Positions 37,709-46,712 of a stretch of DNA of 64,000 bases are shown here, piece by piece. This DNA comes from an uncultured Clostridia bacterium (GTDB lineage Bacteria > Bacillota > Clostridia > TANB77 > CAG-508), in NCBI GenBank assembly GCA_934120645.1, contig CAKOUO010000001.1, positions 203,636-267,635 on the forward strand, written 5' to 3'. How positions within the stretch are numbered: the first letter of the stretch is position 1; each line of letters starts with the position of its first letter. Below the pieces are notes generated by a model. That model made no database searches. It had not been told where the DNA came from and saw only the letters and a program-made list of their open reading frames with translations. A program made the translations under genes and the position numbers.

Positions 37709-39666
37709 TCCTTTGCTAATATATATGGGTCAGCATCTATTCCTGTTCCACTTGATATGTAGACTCCATCTGCCATTGTTACTACTGGGCGAATGCCAAA
37801 GCAACGATTATAAACATTGAAACTGTGAGCATCGTAAATGTTACCACCATTGTCCACATACCATAGGGAGGAATCATAGCTTGCAGACGCAATCCAGTAA
37901 TAATCTCCTGTATTTTTCATTCCGTTAGTATTACTTATTCTTACTTCATCATAATCCATTGCATGTATATCTTTTATTGGATTTCCATTTTCATCTGTTT
38001 TTTCTGTATTTTTTATTAAATCTTTTTGGTCTTGGTCTATATACATTTGCCAACTTCTTGGATTTATTGCTGTCTTTCCATCACCTAATGTACTATATCC
38101 TGTTTGTTTTGTTCCTCCTGATAATATGTACTCTGTTCTGTATGCATCACCAATATTACTATAAGAATATACAAAGTTCTCTGGGGTTCCTGCATGAACT
38201 ATCTTTGTTACATAAGTTTTTCCATTTTCTTCTTTACTTTCTAATATTTGCCATCCTGAATATTTTGGCTTGCCATATTGAGTACTTACACTTTCATCTT
38301 TACTTGTTATTATATTTCCACTATCTATATTATCTTTATTGGCTGTGTCTCCATTATATGTAAATCCTCCAAATGTAAAATTCAATCCATTATTTTTATC
38401 ATTTAAATTAAAAGTAGAATTATATGTTTTTTCTTTATTTATCATGTATAAATTTTGATTTTGTAATTCTTCTATCTCTTCTTTTGTCCAATTTCCTGCA
38501 TGATAATCTACAACTCCTTGTGCTGAAATATATTGATTGACTAGCACTTCTTTTTCTTCTGTTATTGTTTTTTCATTATATGTTCCTGTAACTATAAATG
38601 TGTATTTTCCATTCTTCGTTACTGTATATGGTATTGGTTTATTATCATCTTTATTTGTTATAGTGCAATTTGTTCCTTCTAAATTAGCAACTATATTTAT
38701 ATATAATGTTGTTCCTGCAGGTTGTGTATTTGCTCTTAATGAAGTTGTTGCACTTGAACTTGTATTTACAGCTATTACTGTATATTTTATTTCTAGTTTC
38801 TTTGCTGTTGCTGTTATTTCTATATCATCTGTTACTTTATCTATATTTATTACTCCTGTTGTTTTATCTACTGTTACTGCTTGTCCTCCCATTGTTACTG
38901 TTATTGTATCCATTATATAATTTTCTTCTGCTGTTATTGTTGCTTGATATGGCTTATTCCATGCTGCTTTTATTGCTGTATTATCTATTTTTATTCCTTC
39001 ATCTAAAGTTTTTGTTACTTTATAATAATAATCATCTATCTTTATTGTCTTTTCTACTACTTCTCCACTTTCTGATGTTATCTTAACTTTGTATTCTACT
39101 CCTAATTCTACTGAATAATCTATTCCTACTTGTTCCTTTTTGTTATATGGATATATTGTTCCATCTGGCATTTGTACTTCTTTTATTCCATTTATTTCAT
39201 CTTTTATTATTATAGCTATATTTATTTTATTGCCTTCTCTTTCTCTTGTTTCATATGAGAATTCTATACTACTTTCGTTATATTCTTCTTCAATAATATT
39301 TAAATTTCCATCTATTAAAAATTTTCCTATAATTTTGTCTTTTTTCATTATTACTTGTTTTCCACTTAGTGATGCATCATCATTTACTGTGCATTCATAT
39401 TTTTTTATTTGCTCATTTATCCAATCTTGTGTTACATCATCTAATGTTGCTTCTGCTCTTTTTTCTATTTGCAAATCATGCAATGCTAATGTTAATTCTT
39501 CTCTCATTTCTGCTTTTATTTCTGCTTCTTTTGCTTTTTTTACTTTGGCTAATAATCCATTTTCTCCTCCTAATGTTGCTATTGTTATTCCTGCCAATAT
39601 TAATAATATTATTATTGTTATTATAAGTGCTATAAGTGTTATTCCTTTTTCTAATCTTTTGTTCAT
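37705..39666 (-). CDS. Large (653 aa) surface protein with a prepilin-like N-terminus (leader MNKRLEKG then ITLIALIITIIILLILAGITIA) and multiple beta-rich and Ig-like regions
   Basis: Strong RBS AGGAGGAAAAT. Short basic leader ending in Gly, then a 22-residue hydrophobic helix, as in class III (type IV pilin) signal peptides, but with Ile at +1 and Ala at +5. Shares a domain of about 70 aa (I.E...PDG.....K.EQVGIDY) with the 849-aa protein at 51992. Confidence 0.5.
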   Translation of the reverse strand: MNKRLEKGITLIALIITIIILLILAGITIATLGGENGLLAKVKKAKEAEIKAEMREELTLALHDLQIEKRAEATLDDVTQDWINEQIKKYECTVNDDASLSGKQVIMKKDKIIGKFLIDGNLNIIEEEYNESSIEFSYETREREGNKINIAIIIKDEINGIKEVQMPDGTIYPYNKKEQVGIDYSVELGVEYKVKITSESGEVVEKTIKIDDYYYKVTKTLDEGIKIDNTAIKAAWNKPYQATITAEENYIMDTITVTMGGQAVTVDKTTGVINIDKVTDDIEITATAKKLEIKYTVIAVNTSSSATTSLRANTQPAGTTLYINIVANLEGTNCTITNKDDNKPIPYTVTKNGKYTFIVTGTYNEKTITEEKEVLVNQYISAQGVVDYHAGNWTKEEIEELQNQNLYMINKEKTYNSTFNLNDKNNGLNFTFGGFTYNGDTANKDNIDSGNIITSKDESVSTQYGKPKYSGWQILESKEENGKTYVTKIVHAGTPENFVYSYSNIGDAYRTEYILSGGTKQTGYSTLGDGKTAINPRSWQMYIDQDQKDLIKNTEKTDENGNPIKDIHAMDYDEVRISNTNGMKNTGDYYWIASASYDSSLWYVDNGGNIYDAHSFNVYNRCFGIRPVVTMADGVYISSGTGIDADPYILAKD

Positions 39667-39811
39667 ATTTTCCTCCTAAAATTTTCATTTTTACGCATTT
39701 ATTTAAATGCTCTTAAAATAAATATATCATTCGTTTGAATGCTTGTCAATGCATTTTTTTGAATTCATGATATTATTTTTTTATACTTTATTTTGAGAGG
39801 TAATTTATAAT

Positions 39812-40027
39812 ATGTATTTAAAAAGATTAAGAGATTTAAGAGAAGATAAAGATGAAAAACAAATTGCAATTGCTAAACTTTTAAATATTACTAGACAACA
39901 ATACAGTTTATACAAAACTGGTAAAAGAGATTTACCTATTAAATATTTAGGTATTTTAGCAAAATTTTATAATACATCTAGCGATTATATTTTAGGTTTA
40001 ACTGATAACCCTAAATCTTATAAATAA
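39812..40027 (+). CDS. XRE-family helix-turn-helix transcriptional regulator (71 aa)
   Basis: HTH QIAIAKLLNITRQQYSLYKTGKR and a C-terminal SDYILGLTD motif typical of Cro/C1-type regulators. Divergent from the pilin-like gene. Confidence 0.7.
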   Translation: MYLKRLRDLREDKDEKQIAIAKLLNITRQQYSLYKTGKRDLPIKYLGILAKFYNTSSDYILGLTDNPKSYK

Positions 40028-40111
40028 AATTTAAGTTGACAATTAATACCTTAAAAATCCATAAAAACAAAGTGGTCGCAAATTGCGACCACCCATATAC
40101 CATTTACTCTT

Positions 40112-40303
40112 TTAATTACCATTATATTTTCTTCTACTATTTTTTTTACAAAACTTAATTCCTGTAATTAATATTCCTAATCCTCCTACTATCACCATAA
40201 TAAGATTTACAGTTGGACTAGACATTTTATATTCCATAAAACTTAATCCCAATCCAAACATAATAACAAATATAATCATTAAAGTGAGTAATACTTTCTG
40301 CAT
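40112..40303 (-). CDS. Small hypothetical 2-TM membrane protein (63 aa)
   Basis: An ORF with a terminator hairpin (gtggtcgcaaattgcgaccac, 40072-40092) immediately downstream. Confidence 0.3.
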   Translation of the reverse strand: MQKVLLTLMIIFVIMFGLGLSFMEYKMSSPTVNLIMVIVGGLGILITGIKFCKKNSRRKYNGN

Positions 40304-40443
40304 ATTTTACCTCCTAAATAGTCTTATTTATAGTTACATATATATTTAACCTACCTTAATATTTATTAAGATAAGAGGATTTTCTATTAATTTATTACAA
40401 TATTATCATAAATTTAAAATTTTTTCAATAAAATGTATTCTTT

Positions 40444-43400
40444 CTAATCACTTATCCCATCAAAGATTTTCTTAATTTCATCATTATAGTAAATAGCGCC
40501 ACAAGGTCTGATATCCTCACCAATTTTAACCTGAACATTCATATTATTCTTATCACCAGAAAAATACTTAATAGCACATCTCAACTTTTCCTTTTGTTCT
40601 TCATTAAAATCAGTAATATCAAAAGTCACAACTCGTGGCTTTTCTTCACCTAGGTCTTTAATTTCATTTGCAATTATAGTTGGTTCTTGGTCATCTCTAA
40701 TACTTAAACGTCCATCAACTACAACAATATTTTCTTCTACTAAACTTCTTCCCGCTGCTATAACTGAATTTTCAAATGCAATTATTTCGGCAGTTCCATA
40801 TAAATCTTCTATTGTAATAAATGCCATTATTTTATTGTTTTTTGTATATTTCTTTTTAATTGATGTTATTATTCCAGCATATTTTACTTTTTGTCCATCT
40901 ACAAATTTAGGTTTACTATTTCTTGCTTGAACATTTGCTATTTCATCTCCATTAGTACTATTATCAGCATTATTTGCTAGATTTTGTTCACTTATTTGTA
41001 CTAAATCCATACTACTGATATTTGTTGAATGCATAATTTGTTCTCTTAATTTTTCTAGTGGATGTCCTGAAATGTAAATTCCAAGCATTTCTTTTTCCAT
41101 TGAAAGTAGTTCTTTTTCAGGCATTTCTGGATGTTCTTCAAATTGATATTTTTGCTTTTCCATTTCTTCTTTTTCTTGTTCTGTTCCTATATCAAACATT
41201 GAAACTTGTCCATTAAAGCCTTTTTTCTTTCCACTTTGAATTGTGTCCATTATTGTTTCAAATGATGCTAATAGTGTTGCTCTTGTTTGTTCAAATTCGT
41301 CAAACACTCCTGCTTTTATTAAACTTTCTACGCATTTTTTGTTTACTTGTGTGTCTGCTATTCTTTCACAAAAATCTGTAAAACTTTTGTATTCTCCATT
41401 TTCTTGTCTTTCTGCTACTATGTTTTCAACTGGTACTGTTCCTACATTTTTTATTGCTCCAAGTCCAAAACGAATTTTGCCAACCGCTTCTGTTTTATTA
41501 ACTTCAACTGTAAATTTTTCAAAGCTTTTATTTATGTCTGGTTTTAGTATTTGTATTCCAAGTCTTTTACACTCATCAATATATTGTGGTGCTTTATCTA
41601 AGTTTCCTAAATAACTATTTAAAGTTGCAGCCATAAATTCTGCTGGATAATATGCTTTTAAATATGCTGTTCTATATGATACTACTGCATAACATGCTGC
41701 ATGTGATTTGTTAAATGCATATTTTGCAAATTCTGCCATCTCGTCAAATATTTTATTTGCTGATACTTCATCTATTCCATTTCTTACGCACCCTGGTACA
41801 ACTACATTCCCTTCTTCATCAACTTGACCATGTATGAATACTTCTCTTTCTTTTGCCATTACATCAAGTTTTTTCTTACCCATTGCTCTACGAACCAAGT
41901 CCGCTCTTCCTAGTGAATATCCTGCTAAGTCTCTAACTATTTGCATAACTTGCTCTTGGTAAACCATACATCCATATGTTACATTTAATATTGGTTCTAG
42001 ACTTGGATGTGTGTATTCATTGTGACCTGGATTTTGCTTTCCTCTGATATATCTTGGTATTTGGTCCATTGGTCCAGGCCTATATAAAGAAACACCTGCT
42101 ATTAAATCTTCCAAACAGTCTGGTTTCAATTCTTTCATAAAGTTTGTCATTCCCTGTGATTCAAATTGAAATATTCCTGATGTGTTTCCGTCTTGCCATA
42201 ATTTATATACTTTTGGGTCTGACATATCATGGTCAAATTCTACATCAATTCCGTGATTTTCTTTAACCATATCTATTGTGTTTTGAATAACTGTCAAGTT
42301 TCTTAATCCCAAAAAGTCCATTTTTAAAAGTCCTAATTCTTCAAGTGTTGTCATTATGTATTGAGTGTTTATTTGTCCATCTCTTACATAAAGTGGAACA
42401 TATGTATCTACTGGGTCTTTTGTTATAACAACTCCACATGCATGTGTTGATGCCTGTCTTGGCATTCCTTCAAGTCCCATTGCTATGTCTAATATTTTTC
42501 TTGTTTGCTCATCTGTTTCATATCTATCTCTTAATTCTTTGTTTTGTTCTAGAGCTTTTTTTATTGTTATATGAATTTCATTTGGTATCATTTTTGCCAA
42601 AGCATCTGCTTCTGCATATGGATAGTCTAGAACTCTTGCCACATCTCTTATTACCATTTTTGCAGCCATTGTTCCAAATGTGATTATTTGTGATACATGG
42701 TCATGTCCATATTTTTTTGCAACATAGTCTATAACTTCTTGTCTTCTTTCATCTGAAAAGTCAACATCAAAATCGGGCATACTTATTCTTTCTGGGTTCA
42801 AAAATCTTTCAAATAGTAACCCATATTTTATTGGGTCAATATCTGTTATTTCGATTGCATATGCCAAAATAGAACCTGCACCGGAACCTCTTCCTGGTCC
42901 TACTGGTATTCCATGTGTTTTTGCATAATGTATAAAGTCCCATACTATTAGGTAATAATCAACATATCCCATTTTTTTAATTATTCCTAATTCATATTCT
43001 GCTCTTTTTTGTATCTCTTCTGATAAATTTTTTCCGTATCTTTTTTCTAGACCTTTGTCACATAATTCTTTTAAGAAATCATAATGTGTTGGGTATTCTG
43101 GTGGTACATCATAATTTGGTAATATTGTGTGTCCAAACTCAAATTCCACATTACATTGTTCTGCAATTTTTACTGTGTTTTCTATTGCATCTGGAAATGC
43201 TTTGAAATATTCTGACATCTCTTCTGGTGATTTTACATATAATTCATCTGTGTCAAATTTCATTCTATCTTCGTCACTCATTCTTTTTCCAGTTTGAATG
43301 CATAACAAGACTTCATGATTATATGCATCTTCTCTTTTTAAATAATGTGCATCATTTGTTGCAACTAATGGAATGTTAAGTTTTCTTGCTAGTTGAACTA

Positions 43401-43965
43401 ACTTTTGATTTGCTAAAACTTGTTCTTTTATTCCATTATTTTGTATTTCTATGTAATAATCATCTCCAAAAACCTTTTTATGCCATAATGCTATTTGTTC
43501 TGCTTTTTCTGTTTGACCACTTAATAGTGCTTGATTTACTTCTCCAGCTAGGCATGCACTTAAACATATTAATCCTTCATGATATTGTTCTAGTATTTCT
43601 CTGTCTATACGAGGTTTATAATAATATCCATCAACAAAACTTAATGAAACTAGCTTACTTAAGTTTTTATATCCTTCATTGTTTTTTGCAAGTAAAATTA
43701 AGTGATAATAGTGGTTGTCTATTCCGGGTTCTTTTTGTAATCTTGAACGAGGTGCGACATATACTTCACATCCTATTATTGGTTTTATGCCTTCTTTTTT
43801 GCAAGCTTTATAAAAATCAATAGCTCCAAACATTACTCCATGGTCTGTTATTGCTATTGAATCCATTCCTAATTCTTTTGCTCTTACTGGCAAGTCTTTT
43901 ATTCTGTTTGCTCCGTCTAATAAACTGAATTCACTGTGTATATGTAAGTGTACGAATTTTGACAT
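40444..43965 (-). CDS. dnaE: DNA polymerase III alpha subunit
   Basis: 1173 aa. PHP domain N-terminus (HLHIHSEFSLLDGA), polymerase core, and a C-terminal OB-fold. Confidence 0.95.
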   Translation of the reverse strand: MSKFVHLHIHSEFSLLDGANRIKDLPVRAKELGMDSIAITDHGVMFGAIDFYKACKKEGIKPIIGCEVYVAPRSRLQKEPGIDNHYYHLILLAKNNEGYKNLSKLVSLSFVDGYYYKPRIDREILEQYHEGLICLSACLAGEVNQALLSGQTEKAEQIALWHKKVFGDDYYIEIQNNGIKEQVLANQKLVQLARKLNIPLVATNDAHYLKREDAYNHEVLLCIQTGKRMSDEDRMKFDTDELYVKSPEEMSEYFKAFPDAIENTVKIAEQCNVEFEFGHTILPNYDVPPEYPTHYDFLKELCDKGLEKRYGKNLSEEIQKRAEYELGIIKKMGYVDYYLIVWDFIHYAKTHGIPVGPGRGSGAGSILAYAIEITDIDPIKYGLLFERFLNPERISMPDFDVDFSDERRQEVIDYVAKKYGHDHVSQIITFGTMAAKMVIRDVARVLDYPYAEADALAKMIPNEIHITIKKALEQNKELRDRYETDEQTRKILDIAMGLEGMPRQASTHACGVVITKDPVDTYVPLYVRDGQINTQYIMTTLEELGLLKMDFLGLRNLTVIQNTIDMVKENHGIDVEFDHDMSDPKVYKLWQDGNTSGIFQFESQGMTNFMKELKPDCLEDLIAGVSLYRPGPMDQIPRYIRGKQNPGHNEYTHPSLEPILNVTYGCMVYQEQVMQIVRDLAGYSLGRADLVRRAMGKKKLDVMAKEREVFIHGQVDEEGNVVVPGCVRNGIDEVSANKIFDEMAEFAKYAFNKSHAACYAVVSYRTAYLKAYYPAEFMAATLNSYLGNLDKAPQYIDECKRLGIQILKPDINKSFEKFTVEVNKTEAVGKIRFGLGAIKNVGTVPVENIVAERQENGEYKSFTDFCERIADTQVNKKCVESLIKAGVFDEFEQTRATLLASFETIMDTIQSGKKKGFNGQVSMFDIGTEQEKEEMEKQKYQFEEHPEMPEKELLSMEKEMLGIYISGHPLEKLREQIMHSTNISSMDLVQISEQNLANNADNSTNGDEIANVQARNSKPKFVDGQKVKYAGIITSIKKKYTKNNKIMAFITIEDLYGTAEIIAFENSVIAAGRSLVEENIVVVDGRLSIRDDQEPTIIANEIKDLGEEKPRVVTFDITDFNEEQKEKLRCAIKYFSGDKNNMNVQVKIGEDIRPCGAIYYNDEIKKIFDGISD

Positions 43966-44096
43966 TTTTCTCTCCTTTTGGCTATTATTATATTATTTAT
44001 AAATTCTAAAGTCAAGAATTTATATATTTAGTTTTGTGTATATAAAAATAGAACCAGATATAATCTGATTCTATTTTAAGGTTTTCCATGTTGTTT

Positions 44097-44720
44097 TTAG
44101 TAATCACAAATCTCCTGTAACTTTTTCCACACTTTTTTATGGTGACAACCGATTTCAAATCCGTCAAAATCGTATTTATAAACGGTTTTGTAGTACAGCT
44201 GATTATTCTCTGCTGTGCTGTCCCAATTGATGTAGATTTCTTTTACCAGCGGCATAATGTGAACAATCCTTTTGGATATTTCGTTGTTTTCAGGATTTCC
44301 CTCAAGAATTTTTTGGAATTCTTTTAACACACTGTGTCTGTCTTTTGATGTTTTGAAATCCCTTCCATTTTTTCTCCACTTAAGCTCAAATGTGTTTGGT
44401 ATTTCTTCTCCATTGAAACAGTAGCCGTTTAAAAGAGCTCTAACAACCTTGTGTTCACTTCCAATTTTCAGTTTTCCTTTTGTACCATCAGACAACCAGA
44501 AATATAATTTCATATCATCTGATTGTGATGTTACATCAAAGTCAATGAAGATGTCGTCTGAGATCCGGATAATTCTTTTCAATTCTTTGGAGTTTGAATT
44601 GTTTTTCGGATGTTTTTCTATAAGATCCTCAAACTCTTTAATTATTACTTGTTTTTCCTTTTTCCTCCAAAAGAATTTGTTATTCCTTTTCCACCTTACT
44701 ATTACTACATGGTCTCTCAT
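44097..44720 (-). CDS. Hypothetical protein (207 aa) made of two homologous repeats of about 90 aa; higher-GC islet
   Basis: Internal duplication (KEFEDLIEKHPKNNSNSKELKRIIRISDDIFIDFDVTS vs KEFQKILEGNPENNEISKRIVHIMPLVKEIYINWDST). Estimated GC of about 38% against about 27% for the flanks. Confidence 0.5.
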   Translation of the reverse strand: MRDHVVIVRWKRNNKFFWRKKEKQVIIKEFEDLIEKHPKNNSNSKELKRIIRISDDIFIDFDVTSQSDDMKLYFWLSDGTKGKLKIGSEHKVVRALLNGYCFNGEEIPNTFELKWRKNGRDFKTSKDRHSVLKEFQKILEGNPENNEISKRIVHIMPLVKEIYINWDSTAENNQLYYKTVYKYDFDGFEIGCHHKKVWKKLQEICDY

Positions 44721-44896
44721 TTTTATGTCCTCCTTTTTCTAAAAACAAATTATTAGTTTTTTAGTTTTTCGGAGGTATAATAATGTGAATAAAATAGCCC
44801 TCCGAATTTTTCGAAAGGCTTCTTAAATTTAACCTTTTGTGCCATTCATTATAACACTTTTAATGTATTTTGGCAAATGCTATTTTAAAAATTAAA

Positions 44897-45595
44897 TTAT
44901 TTACAAAATCTATGCTTACCTATTGTAACAGTCATTGGTCTAGACCAAATCCATTTATTAGTTGCTGTGGATGGATTAAAATAATATATTGCTCCATAAC
45001 TTGGGTCCCAACCATTTAATGCGTCTTGTGCAGCTTTCCTTGCAGTTGAATCAGGGGTTAAATTAATTTGTCCATCTTTTACAGCATCAAATGCACCTGA
45101 TTGGTAAACTACTCCTGATAATGTGTTTGGAAAAGAGCTACTCTTTACTCTGTTCATAACAACTGCACCAACAGCAACTTGACCTGTATATGGTTCTCCT
45201 CTTGATTCTCCATAAATTACTCTTGCCAGCAAATTTAAATTACTATTATAGTTTGATGACGAACTACTAGAACTAGATGATGACATTATTCCCATAGCTT
45301 TTAATGTTGCTGGTCCTGCTATTCCATCTACAGTTAATCCGTTTTTTCTTTGAAAATATTTTACGGCATTTAATGTTTGTGTTCCATATATTCCGTCTAC
45401 ACTTCCTGTATAATATCCCCATCTTTTTAATTTTGTTTGTATTTGTGTTACTTCTGAACCTCTTGAACCATATTTAGATAGTGTTTCTATACTTTCAGTA
45501 TTCTCCTTATACATTTTAAACATTGAAACTGATGTAAATAATGTTATTAGCAAAACTTCAATTATTATAAATTTCATTATTTTATTATTTTTCAT
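44897..45595 (-). CDS. sleB: SleB-like spore cortex-lytic / cell wall hydrolase with an N-terminal peptidoglycan-binding domain
   Basis: PG_binding_1 (GSRGSEVTQIQTKLKRWGYYTGSVDGIYGTQTLNAVKYFQ), poly-Ser linker, and a Hydrolase_2 domain (LLARVIYGESRGEPYTGQVAVGAVVMNR...). Start chosen at the Met with an AGGTGAT RBS. Confidence 0.7.
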   Translation of the reverse strand: MKNNKIMKFIIIEVLLITLFTSVSMFKMYKENTESIETLSKYGSRGSEVTQIQTKLKRWGYYTGSVDGIYGTQTLNAVKYFQRKNGLTVDGIAGPATLKAMGIMSSSSSSSSSSNYNSNLNLLARVIYGESRGEPYTGQVAVGAVVMNRVKSSSFPNTLSGVVYQSGAFDAVKDGQINLTPDSTARKAAQDALNGWDPSYGAIYYFNPSTATNKWIWSRPMTVTIGKHRFCK

Positions 45596-45670
45596 AAAAA
45601 AATCACCTATCAATATAAATTTAATTATATTTTGGCGATTTTTTTCTTTTTTTATTCATTTTTTATTATA

Positions 45671-46693
45671 TTAAGAACAATATCTGCAAAGAATTGTTTC
45701 CATTCCTATTTGTAAATCAATTTTTCCACTTTTAAATTTATAGTCTAAATCACATAGTTCTTGTAATATATTTCTTAATTCCGCTTCTTTAAAATATTTT
45801 GATTGAACTTTGTATTTTGTTGTTAAAAACATTTGATTTGGTTTTAAATTTAGGCAGGCTGTCAATTCTTTGTTTTCTCTTAATGCCATTTTTGTAATAT
45901 ATAATTTTTTAAAATGATTATATAATGTTACCAATATTTTTGCTAAAGGTTCTTTTGCATATAATAAATTCTCTAAAACTTGTAGTGCTGATGATATATC
46001 TTTTTTGCCTAAATTATCTGTTAAATCAAATATTACACTTTCAAGTTTTTTAATTGATAATTTATCAATATCTTCTTTTTTTATTGTTCCGTTTTCTCCT
46101 GCAAATTCTATTAATTTTCTTATTTCATTTATTAAATCTTGCATATTTGTTCCACAACATTCAATAAAATATTTTGTTGTTTGTGAATCTATTTGAACTT
46201 TGTATGCATTGCAAATTGCCTTTATTCTTTGTTCTAATTGTATTGGTTTTTGATAATCAAACTTACAAGTTATACCATTTTTTTCTATTACTTTAAATAT
46301 TTCTGATTTTTCATCTGCTTCCTCTTCAGTAAATACTAATACTACTGATTCGTTTATAATTTTTATATTTTCTTGTATATATTTAACTAGTTTTTCTTTT
46401 AGTTTAGAATTTTCTCCGTTTTTTCTTTTTCCTTCTTTTTTAAACAATCCTGTATTTTTGGCTACTATTAATTTTTTTTCGTAACCAAAACTTGGTGTTT
46501 CTATATCAGATATAATTTCAGAAACATTTTGTTCATCTATTAATATATAATTAATTCCTTTTACACATTCTCCAAATAATGATTTGATTTTTTTTAGTGA
46601 GCTTTCCAATAAAAATTGTTCTTCTCCATATAAAAGGTAAATTGAATCCAATTTTTCCATCTTTAAATCTTTTTCTAAATTTTCAATTGTCAT
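45671..46693 (-). CDS. holA: DNA polymerase III delta subunit
   Basis: N-terminus ...IYLLYGEEQFLLE, typical of HolA. 340 aa. GGAGG RBS. Confidence 0.7.
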   Translation of the reverse strand: MTIENLEKDLKMEKLDSIYLLYGEEQFLLESSLKKIKSLFGECVKGINYILIDEQNVSEIISDIETPSFGYEKKLIVAKNTGLFKKEGKRKNGENSKLKEKLVKYIQENIKIINESVVLVFTEEEADEKSEIFKVIEKNGITCKFDYQKPIQLEQRIKAICNAYKVQIDSQTTKYFIECCGTNMQDLINEIRKLIEFAGENGTIKKEDIDKLSIKKLESVIFDLTDNLGKKDISSALQVLENLLYAKEPLAKILVTLYNHFKKLYITKMALRENKELTACLNLKPNQMFLTTKYKVQSKYFKEAELRNILQELCDLDYKFKSGKIDLQIGMETILCRYCS

Positions 46694-46712
46694 TCTTTTT
46701 ACCTCCTTTTAT

